Below, piece after piece: positions 1-10,166 of a stretch of 64,000 nt of DNA. A program made the position numbers and the translations under genes. The stretch spans positions 852,301 to 916,300 of the forward strand of contig OZ287704.1 of NCBI GenBank assembly GCA_965649825.1. The letters are read 5' to 3'. Positions within the stretch are counted from its first letter, which is position 1; each line of letters begins with the position of its first letter. This stretch comes from Penicillus capitatus (lineage: Eukaryota > Plantae > Chlorophyta). The notes beneath the pieces were generated by a model. The model saw nothing but the letters and a program-made list of their open reading frames with translations, was not told the DNA's origin and searched no databases.

Positions 1-1871
1 GGCGGACGACTTCCTCGACAGGTGCACGGGGACGGTCCAGAGAACGGCGGGCGGAGACGCCGGATTACTGGAAGTGCAGGACCTGCTGGTTCGCGCGCTC
101 GGGACGTCGGCTTCCATCCAGGGCTTCACGGCGTCCGTCCGTGGAGAGGAACTCGAGTGCCGGAACGCGCACGCGGTCGTCCGCACCGCCCGGGGGGACG
201 GCAAGGAAGGCATCGTGTTCGTCACTCCGCTGAGGAGGCCGCGAGGTGAGGCAGACGCGTGACCTCTGCCCGTCTGACGGCTATGTATGGTCATGGAGGA
301 CCCGGCGACGGCCCCGAGGCTCTGTGCGTGGCGCTGAGCGCCGGGGTGGCCTTGACGCGCCACCTGTCGCAGGCGAAGTGGCTGTCCAAGGACTTCGTCT
401 GGCTGGTCACCGACTCGCGCTGCGGCGAGGAAGAGTCGATGCGTCGCTGGCTGACGCGATACCACTCCCAGGCAAGCGGTCGGCTCCTCCCGGCCTGTCG
501 CGGATGTGGTTGTCCGAAGGACGCCGAGGGGCGCGGTGCGTTCCGCCGAGCGGGTCTCCTCGTCCAGGCCGTGGTCATGGAGACCGAGGACGCCGAGTCC
601 GACGAACTGGAGTACTCGCTCGTGAACTCGGGGGGACGGCTGTCCAAGATGGAGCTGTACTGGCTCGTCAAGTCTGCCGCGGAGGACCTCCTCGGCGCAA
701 AGAGCCGCCTCGACGCCGGCGCCTTCTCATCCCTCTGCCGCGGAACGGCGTCGAGCCACGAGGTGCGGCGCCGTCGCGTCATTGGCGGAGATCCCTTACA
801 GCTTTCGCCAGGGGACGGGGGCGTGGCGGACGATGCTCTGCTCCGTGCTGCTGCAGGCGACGGGCGTCCGCGCGGGTCCGCACGCTCCCTTTCGCGAGTG
901 GTCGATCGACGCCGTCGCCGTCAGGGCTCCGTCGCGCCTCGCGCGAGCGCGGGGAGACCCGCAGCTGACGGCCGTCGCGCTCTCTCGGGTGGCGGAGTCG
1001 GCGGTGCGCTCGTGCAGCAATCTGGTCGAGCGGCTCAACCGCTCCTACTACTACTACCTGATGGTCAGCACGGATCGTTTCGTCCCGGTCGAAGTCTACA
1101 TTCTCCCCTCCGTCCTGCTGCTCCTCTCCGTCCTCGTCAAGGTGACAGCAGATGCCACTCCTCTGACGCCGTGTACCCAGCGTCCGCGACAGGCGGTGGA
1201 TTTCGGAAGGCGAGCCTCGCTCGACCTGAACGGACGGGCTGGCATGTCGGCGTGCGCTGTCGGCTTCCTCCTCCTGGTGGCCTGGATCAGCGCGGCGTCC
1301 ATGGCGCGGACCGTCGCGAAGTGCCTCGCCGGACGCGGCGCGTCGAGTCACGAAGGCTGTCGTCCGAGCCCCGTCGTCGTCGTCTCGCGGTTCCTCAGTT
1401 TCTGTCTGTCGGCTTCCGCGGCCTTCGACCTGTATCGCGGGCTGCGTCGAGCGGGACCGGCTGCTTCCTCTCTCGTGCCGTGGCTCTGGACGGCCTCGAT
1501 GTGCTCTGCCGTCGTCGCCGTCGTCGCCGTCACCTGCACCAACTGGTGGGCGCCTCTCGGGACGGGTTTCGCAGACGGCGTTTGGACGCAGGTGTGTGGC
1601 CTTCATCGGCGCCGAGGCGGTCGGACTGCTTTCTCTGTCTGTCTCTCTCTTCCTCTCGAGGCCGTCGGGTTCGAAGTTCCTCGTCGTCTGCTGTCTGCTT
1701 GTGGTCCTCTCTCCCCCCAGTCTGGCCTTCTTCCCGCTGGTGCTGGCAGATAACCGGATCGATTTGTGGGATCTCGCAGGCGGATCGACGACGAGCGGCG
1801 TCGTCTTCTGGGCCGTCGCTTACCTCCCTTTCTGGCTGACGGCACTCTTCGTCGCCTTCAAGAGACATTGA
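1..1871 (+). CDS. GAA1: GPI transamidase component GAA1/GPAA1 (5' end outside window; introns 246-298, ~763-810, 1546-1591)
   Basis: Spliced translation gives RGDGKEGIVFV, HLSQAKWLSKDFVWLVTD, LLQATGVRAGPHAPFREWSIDAV, NLVERLNRSYYYYLM and a multi-TM C-terminus ending LPFWLTALFVAFKRH*, all typical of Gaa1. Three short GT-AG introns explain the ORF frame changes. Confidence 0.82.
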
Positions 1872-2527
1872 CGAACGTTAAGGCGCGGGCGAACGCACTG
1901 GTGTCCGTTCTCTCCGTTCGCTGTCGCCGTTTGGGTTGAGCAGCGGAGCAAGCCCACACCTTGTGCGCGTGACGTCGCGTCACCCGAAGGCCCTGAAATC
2001 TTTCTCTGCGGCAGTCGACCACGGAACGCGCGGCTTTAGACTGTGTCGCCGACGTTGGGTCTTCCGGACATGTCAGCGACGCGTGGACGCGGCGCGATCG
2101 CAGAGAGAAACGACTGCCAGCTGCCCAGTCTTCGCCGAAAGTCCGACGGCAGGGCCGACCGCAGTTCGGATTCGTAGACGGTCTCTCTTCGGAGCTGTGG
2201 CACACGCTCCGACGGCCACTCCTAGAGACGGACTTACCGGAGAGATAGATGCCCGCAGCTCGACTGCGGACCTCGACAGATTGTCCATAGACATTTGTCT
2301 GCATAGGCGTAAAAGATCAGCAGGGCTGCTTCGTGTCACGGCGCTTCTGCACACAGCTCCCCTGGCCTGTTGGCCTGGGCATCCGCCATGCAACGGCCGA
2401 AACCCCACGCCACCACCGCCTGACCGTTTGCCTGCAACCGACGCGGCTTCTAGCCGATCTGCGGTTGAGTTTGTTCGCATTTTCGTTTCCAGGCGCTCGT
2501 TTCCTTCAGACGACGAACTTCACGACG

Positions 2528-4246
2528 ATGGCTCAACACGCAAGCATCTCCGGCGATGGCAATGACAACGGCAACGGCAACAACAATCTTTGGCAGAAGT
2601 AAGCCAAACTCCTTGTTGCTGTCGCCGACGCAACGGGCTGCGGCGTTCTCATCCGCGCGTCGCGTTTTCGCGTTGCTGCGAGCTCTGTGCCAGTCGTCGG
2701 CCGCCTTGACGGCGGCATGCACATGAAACCGAACTGGGGTTCCATGTCGTTCGAGGCGCGGCTTCTCTTTTCCTGTCTTTTCTGCGTCGCTGCTCAAGGC
2801 TGCGGCCACATCTGTGAAGACTGCTAACCTTTCTGTGCTGTTTTTTTTTTGAACGACAGGATGCAGGAAGCCATAGACACGTTCTGCGGCTCTAGAAACA
2901 TGTCTCCTTCGCAGAGGGAGGCGCTGCAGAGGGCCCTCAGGGCCAAGACATCCGCCCAAATGGCGGTGAGGGAGGAAGAATCCCGCTCCCGGCTTGGCGA
3001 CCCTGCCAGCCAAACCGGGCAGCAATCCGGCAGTCGCCCCCATCGCTTCTCCGGGCAGAGGAGAGATGCCGGACTGGCATCACGCCAGTCCCAATGCCAC
3101 AACGGGGGCGCTGAGGTGAGATTTCGGTCTATTGGCGAGCTCTGACAGTGACGAGTATTCTTTCCTAGGCCACTTCCACACCGCCATTTGCACAGCCGCC
3201 GCCATGCCCATGCCCACCACCGCAGACATCCGCGCATCAGGCGCCGCAGACATGTCCGCCGCCGCAGCAGCCATGCCCAGGGCAGCCATCTGGACCTCCG
3301 CCGCAGTCATCCGCGTAACAGGCGCCGCCGATATTTCCACCGCGGCCGTCAGTGTTTTCTTCGCCGTCGCCATACCCAGAGTGGCCGTCCCAGCCCTCTC
3401 CGGTGGCGAAGTCATCCGCGCAACAGGCACCGCCGATATTTCCACCGCGGCCGTCAGTGTTTTCTTCGCCGTCGCCATACCCAGAGTGGCCGTCCCAGCC
3501 CTCTCCGGCAGCGCAGTCATTTGCGTTTGGGTCCCATGGACCTGAATGCGATGACGGCATGGACTGGGCATCGGTCTCTAACCAGACCGATGCCCTGATG
3601 TATTGCCAGACGCTGCGATGCGTAAGCTTTTTGGCATTTCTATTCTCTCTTCACTTACTCTGTGTGTTTGCAGTTTGTAGGATGGGATTGGCCTCCCCAG
3701 GGTCTGTCACTTCCCCAATGTTTTATTAGGTTTTTTCTTCTTCGTCGTGGGGATGAAAAAAAAAACAAAAAAAGAAGAAAAAGTTTTCTTTTGCAGAGTC
3801 AAGATTTTTGGCTGCTGTTTTGCTGTTTTCTGTTTTTTGACTTTTGGAGCGCCCCTCAACATTCGTTTTTGCCAACGTGCATGGGACTGCATTGCTCATT
3901 CTTCATGTGTGCACGTTTACCCTTATCTGGATTGTTCGAGGGGCCGGACTCAGATGCATATGTTCTGTTTTGGTTTTGCTGTTTTAAGCTGCTGCATGGC
4001 TGTTCTCTTGTGCTGGCGGCACTCATGGCTGAGAGATCGACTTTGATTTTTGTACATGTTAGTGATAATGGCGGTCGGACATGTTTTTTGGGCGTGGCAG
4101 TTTATTTGGCAGCGGTATATGCCTTTACTGTGTGCGGCGGTGTACATTTGAGTGGCCATTTCTGTTTTTCTGCGGTGAAGGATTGTTCTGTATTCGGTTC
4201 TGGCGAGAAGGCGGCTTGTCGGATGGACTGGTTTCTGGAGAAGTAA
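2528..4246 (+). pseudogene. Four-exon proline-rich gene of unknown family, copy 1 (one in-frame TAA at 3316-3318)
   Basis: ATG 2528. Exons 2528-2598, 2860-3115, 3169-3621 and 3674-4246 are joined by GT-AG introns of phases 2,0,0 (branch-like TGCTAAC at 2822). The frame stays open except for one TAA, which aligns to CAA in the internal 105-bp repeat. Same architecture as 15311-16393. Confidence 0.55.
3306..3520 (+). repeat. 105-bp (35-codon) direct tandem repeat inside the proline-rich exon
   Basis: GTCAT recurs at 3306, 3411 and 3516. The two units are near-identical and encode QAPPIFPPRPSVFSSPSPYPEWPSQPSP twice. Confidence 0.9.
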
Positions 4247-4499
4247 ACGGAGGGGTGTGCTCATGTCCACTGGGAAGTGGATTGGATGATTTGGAGACGG
4301 TTTTCTGGAGCAGTGGAGTTCAAGATGTTTGGTGCTGGTGGGGCGGGTGTCGCGCTGGACTGTGTTCTTTCCGTTGTCTGGGAAGAGGAGACAGATTGTC
4401 TGTTGTTGTTGCCTGCGCTGGACTGGTTTCTGGCAGTGGATCTCGAGGTGTCTGGAACTGTGTTATGTCGTGGATCATGTCCTGGACTGTCTCTCTGAT

Positions 4500-7072
4500 G
4501 CAAAGTATGAGGTAGTGCTCAGTTTGCTGGAAGGACCTGGGACGAGTGATGGATCTGTTTTTACAACAGTGACTGGGGAGCATTGCAGTATTCAGCTGTA
4601 TGGCACGGTAAATGACATGCTGGAATCCATATCTAAATCAGAAGCTAACAGGGTGCCTTTGCAGGGTTGTGGATGCATCAATGAACTAGTTTTTCTGGAA
4701 TGCCGACATGACAAACCTAATTCGCTTACCAAGGCATTCCGAAAACGAGGGAGAGTTTGCAGCGTCAGATGAACATGTTGAGAATCGGCCAGACAGCCGT
4801 CATGTTGAACATCAAGGTACAGTGTCCCCGTTATGATCATCTTATGCTCAAATTTGAAATCAGATATGAGCGGATTTTGAACCATGTTCATACATACCGA
4901 AGAGATGATTGCCAGAGAGAAGTCATCGGCAATCCATTGTCGTCATCTGACATCGTGAAGAGGATTCATGAGGCATAGCATGGGACATAAGGACAATGAC
5001 CATTCGAGAAAGGAGACAAGACTGAAGCGATCTCCATTGAAGAACACAGTTTGGTTTCGCCACGATAGATCCGTTTTCATATTCCATTCTGCAAAGCTTG
5101 TGGACATCTATCTTACACGATGTTCCCCGTTCATCATGGAATCTAAGGTTCCCAAAGAGGTCCTCTCATTTTAACATTTCATGCTGAGTGGTGATCTGTT
5201 CTGTAGAAAAGTTCATTGTCCGAGAAATGATGACATGTCGAGAACAGCATGCAGAACACACCACAGTTTCCATCCTGTGCGAGCTCAGTTGAATCTACTG
5301 CGAAGTCTACATGAGCTCAGTTGAATCAGTTTCTGCAGATCGAGTTCGTCTGACCAAGGAGCCCTTCGATGCGTATGTTAGCCCATAGCATCCTGCACTC
5401 ACCAACACATTTATCAAGGTAATCTGCAGTGCCCATGCTCCTTCCTGTACAGTTGATTTGACAGGCATTCAAAGAGGCAGTGTCGAAGGAAGTGACAGCA
5501 GTGGCCTGGATGCACGACGGAGACTACTTGATCGAGAGAAGCTACTTTGGATCGAGTCTTTTCTACAAGGCTTTAATTTAGCATCCCATACGAAGCCATG
5601 CCTTCTGCGATCACTGTAGCTCAAGAGCTTTCTAACCCGTCAAATGGTTGTTGTCTTGCGATCGCGTTGTCCAGTGCCACCTCCAGACACTTTCAGTTTC
5701 GAATCCACTCGGCAAAGAGAACATTTGAATCCCTTCCGTCCGACAGTGGCTGCCTGTAGAACGGCATGTGGATAGCGATTTTTGTAAGGAGTGTTCAGTC
5801 ATTATGCAAGCAAACAGAGAAAGCGTTTCTGCTTCGTCGCACCGAAGTCTCTTGCGTTTTCCTCTCCGCGACTAAGTGGTTTAGTCGAAACGTTGCAGAA
5901 CATCCTGTCCAAATGCTAAGAACAGCCAACTCGTTTCTGAATCCATGCGGCGTGGCTTTCAGAGCCAGACGAATCCTCAACTGCTTTGCTTTCGATCTTC
6001 ATTTAAGAAGCGTGTTGCGAGGACGGAGTCGATCTCCGTTCTTCGACGCCAATCCGATTTCGCCGGTGGCCGTGCGAGCATTGACGTTTGAAGCGATCTT
6101 TGTGAGGGACTTGTGTCGACAGAGATCTTCAGTCGGATGGGTATGCCTCAGTGCCCGTACAGACAAACCGCAGCAGAAGGCAGTCCACTTCCACTCTGCG
6201 CGATGCCTCCGCTGGACTTCGTTTGGCAGTGCGCGTCATGCTGCTCAGAATCTAAGGCTCTCACTGTCGCAGCGTCCATTTTACCGATGCTGCTCGCGTT
6301 ATAAGCCAGCCGAAGACGCGATTGCATACGACGCAGTCGACATCTCCTGACGAATCGGCCATTGGTCTCGGACGTCTGCCAAGGAACGTTCAGAGTGACA
6401 TACGCATTTCTCTCTCATAGATTGTTTCCCTTGTAAGCGGCCAGCCTGCTCACGTAAGGGTTTGAGACGTGAGTGGTCGCCTCTTCATCTTGTTTTAAGG
6501 TTCAATGACCCTGTGGCCCTGGAGTTCGAAGCAGAGAGTCGTTCTGCCGCAGGGAGTTGTAGAACAGATGCGCAGTGAGCCAAGTCTCGCACTCGGTCCT
6601 ATCCTAAGGCTATGGAATCAGTCGTCCTTCACTCGTTCCTCCGAAGTTCCGCAGATCTTTACGGGATCTTCTCTCGAAGCGGATATGCCGCTGAACTCCA
6701 CGAATGACCGAAGACAAGCCTCTCCACGTCTATGGAACGAGCATCTAGTTTGTATGCGCTGTACTGCAAAGAGCATCCCTAGATGGACGGCTGAGCCGCT
6801 CGTTGTTGATGATGTGTTCGGCGGAATCTGCATGCTGAGTTCAACGAAGAAGAAGAGAGCGAGACGAGACATCCGTTCTTCATCTCCGACGAGAGTTTCA
6901 GCGCCTGCCGCGAGTATACTCCATTCACAGCCTCTTCGTTCATTGTGCCTGTCTCTAACAGAGAGCACATGTCAAAGAGTACAAAGACAACAATCACGTC
7001 ATCGTTGTTAGCGCCGTCCGAGTTCTCGGCGCTTTCAGCCCATTCACTCCATCCCCTGGCAAGCTGTGGCAC
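4500..7072 (-). other. Possible uncharacterised or decayed multi-exon gene
   Basis: Protein-like segments on the minus strand are separated by short GT..AG stretches (e.g. DRTECETWLTAHLFYNSLRQND, EDLFGNLRFHDERGTSCKIDVHKLCRMEY). I could not build a continuous model or recognise a family. Confidence 0.22.
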
Positions 7073-7303
7073 CAGTCGGGCTCCGTAGATACTCCCTCGC
7101 CTTGGCGCCGAAAGTGATTTCGAAATCGAATCGTATCAAAAGACACGCGTGTTTCGAGCGATCGCGGGGCTCGCGAAACATCTGTAGGCGATTCCCGGTT
7201 CCCTGAGTGTCACTTCTGTGACTTGTGGCTGGAGGCGTACTAATAATAGCAAATGACGAAGACGTTCTATTTTCATTAGCAGTCCATCCTTCACCCGGTA
7301 CTC

Positions 7304-9452
7304 ATGTCCTTAGTTCTCCGGTCAAGAGCGCTCTTTTCGGCGTGGCAGTCGCAATCTACCTCTGCGGACGGTTCGTCAGGTTTTCAGAGGCGGAACAAAT
7401 GCGACAGGAGCACATCCTTTTCGAGAACTGCCTCCATTCGTCAGCAAGGCGTTGCCGAATCCTCGTAAGAAACGGACAGCCGCCGAGCAGCAGCCAAATG
7501 CTTCGCCGCATTTCTTAGGAACCAGACGTACGCAGCCGGCGCTTTGACAGAGACATCTGAAGCGATCCCGGACAAACTCGATAAGGATGTAAGGTAGAGT
7601 GAAGTCAGACTCGCCGAAGCAGTCTGTTTCACTTCGTCGTTTGTGTCGCGGCCAGCATTACTGCCGAGTCTTCGAAGAAGTACCAGGGAAAGAGGGCGCT
7701 CGTGGTTGGAGCTGGTCCAGCTGGTGCCGCGGCGGCAGCATTTCTCGCCAGACAAGGATTTACTGTCAAGGTTACCGCTTTCTGTATTAAAACCGGTCGT
7801 TGATGTCGCAGCTAGGTGTACGAGAGACGCGAAGATCCTTTGAAAGAGCAATACTCACTGAAGCGCGTGAATGGCATCCGTTTGATGAAAAACACCGTCA
7901 GTGTGATGAAAGAGATCGGTGTAGAACTTCCCAGCGACGGCCACAGAAACGAAGTTTGGAAGCTAAAAGGTCGTTACACAGAAGGAAAGTTTGCGATGCG
8001 AGCTTAGTGTTGTAGGATATGTGTCGTTGTACGATACACGATCTCCAGCTACGAACCAATCGAATCCTGCACATGACGGAGCGTACTATGGACAGAGAAA
8101 CAAGATCTCCGAGATTCTGACGGAGGATGTGCGAAGGATATACGCAGAGAGAGTCACGTTCCACTACAACCACAGATGCACAGTCTAGCTGTTCCAGTCA
8201 GTGCGATATTGATCGTACCGTCATTTGTCGTCTAGGATATCGCCTTTGATAACAGACGCGTGACATTCGAAGACAGCAACGGAGATGTCGTCACAGAGGA
8301 CTATGATCTGCTGATCGGAGCAGACGGGGTTTTCTCAATCGTCAGAGAAAAACTGCAAGAACACGATCCAGCGTTCAGAGTTAAGAAGTTCACTAACTTG
8401 TGGTCGACGAAGACAGTTCCGGATGCCCCGCTCGTCGATGAACGAGGTATCGTTACTACTGATGCGGTCTTGTCTAAGATGTAATGCGATAAATAGACGA
8501 GCTGATGAAATACCTCAGTTCTGGGTGGGTCGTTGGATTACAGCGTGCAGAAGAGAAGATTCGAGGTGTTACCAGACGTCGGCACGCGATACTCTTTCAT
8601 CCGATTGAAAAGAACAAGCCTCTAAGGATAGTTGCAGTGGCGATGGCGAAAACCTTTGAACAGAATATAAATGGCAAAGAGTACGAATGGACAAAGGAAT
8701 GGGCTTCCGACCACTTTTCGGAGGTTTTTTTATTCGTCAAAATGCCTCTGTGAGAGTATAGGGCGGTTGTTTGCAGCAATGGATGAAGGAATTCGGTTCG
8801 AAATTGGCGAGTGCGCCCATAACGCGGGGTTCCGACATTTGTCAAGTCCCCAGGTTGATTGGTCCAGCGACAATACTGGTTGGCGACGCTGGTCACAGTG
8901 CAACCGGTCGTGGAGGGTTGGGGTCCGTTTCGCTTGGCATTCCCTTCCTTCTACGGCGTATGCGTGCAGGGCAAATTTGGCAATCGTGGATTCGAAGGTT
9001 CTCTATGAAGCATTAGACGACGCTGAAGGAGACATAGATGCTGCGGCTAAGATTTTCAATGACCGTCGTTTTAATCGAGTGCGTTCATTTCAAGACTGGC
9101 AACTCGTACGCTTCCCCTTCATCGATCTCGAGTAAGAGGGTTTGATATGCAGATTACTGGGTACAAAGAGATCAATATACCTTTTCCGAAGAACTGGAGA
9201 TGTTTTGTCGGTTGGGCGAATATCACTGTGATGGGAGTTCTCAGGCGATGCTTTCCTAAATGGGTCTCGCTGCCTATTGGTCAAGTGAGTGAAGACGGAG
9301 AATTCACTCCTGAGAAGGTCATATGGCAAATGAAGCGAGACGCGGCAATCATTCTGGGTAAGCTATCAGGTCTCTTTGATTTCTCTGCAATCTTGTTTAC
9401 AGTACTCATGGCTTCCGCGGTTTCGTTACCGCTGGTTTACCTGTTGTTCTGA
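7304..9452 (+). CDS. FAD-dependent monooxygenase (class A, kynurenine 3-monooxygenase/UbiH-like), paralog 1
   Basis: Spliced model has a transit-peptide-like N-terminus, GAGPAG Rossmann motif, DLLIGADG, LVGDAGH motif and a C-terminal TM helix. All introns are GT-AG and the frame is intact. Confidence 0.85.
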
Positions 9453-10118
9453 GCACCCTCTTCTTTCTTCTCGCATCGGTATCGATGTGAAAAATTCTTC
9501 GTGTCCAAGACAATGAACAAGTCGAGGGGCAAGAAGGGAGAGAAACAAAATGTCTACATTCTTTGAATTACTTTCAGATGGACCGCCTTGAATATCTTGG
9601 TTCGTTAATGGATCGATTATTGAAGGACCTACCGTGTGTACTCGGACAGTTTTAAAGAACACAGCAGACCTTTTATTATTCAGACAAAGCAATTGTTGTG
9701 AGAGTCAACAAACACTATCGGTGTGAATGGCGTGGACGAATGCCACCAGCGACTTGAAGTTCTCCGTCCATTTGGAGTAGCAAATCGAGCGCGATCATCG
9801 TTTGTGTCTCAATCAGGTTATAGAACTATTGGATACCAGATTCTCACGCGTTTTGTGTTTAGCAAGTTCTCTGGATCTCAATCATCGTGTTCGTTCGCCG
9901 ATACGACACCTGGAGAAGAAACTCACTGAGTGCGCAGACGCGAAGATTCGATCAAAATGGCTTCTGTTTGGTTTACAGTTAGATGATCGGCGACAAAGGT
10001 GATCAGTAATAGTGCTAATTGACTTCTCTTTGTATTGTTCGACAATGATGTGCAATTGAAGACTAGAGCTGTCACAGAAGACGACGATAATCGTTAGGAA
10101 AGATAAGACTAGCACCAT
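9426..10118 (-). other. Possible small secreted-protein gene, divergent from monooxygenase 2
   Basis: ATG at 10118 begins a signal-peptide-like MVLVLSFLTIIVVFCDSS. Downstream exons were not resolved and no homology was recognised. Confidence 0.18.
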
Positions 10119-10166
10119 TACAATTAACTTGACGTTTTCTTGAGAACAGTCGCAGTTCGCAGCACC

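Noticed and set aside
259-1871. Apparent frameshifts in GAA1 and most other genes in the ORF track
   Set aside because: All resolve as 41-64 nt spliceosomal introns that restore conserved motifs.
2150-2195. Similarity around GGTCTCTCTTCG between ~2150-2195 and ~13690-13740 as a shared element terminus
   Set aside because: A 12-mer match is expected many times by chance in 64 kb, the flanking similarity is weak, and I found no inverted partner at the opposite ends.
3316-3318. TAA aligned to CAA, suggesting the TAA/TAG=Gln code known in some ulvophytes
   Set aside because: Conserved genes here end at TAA/TAG at the expected positions (chlG TAA, DDX46 TAG, SF3A2 TAG), and none of the conserved exons I translated has an internal TAR.
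5281-5327. 15-bp direct repeat GAGCTCAGTTGAATC as an introner or target-site duplication
   Set aside because: Single occurrence, no enclosed recognisable element, and no repeated intron sequences seen elsewhere in the window.
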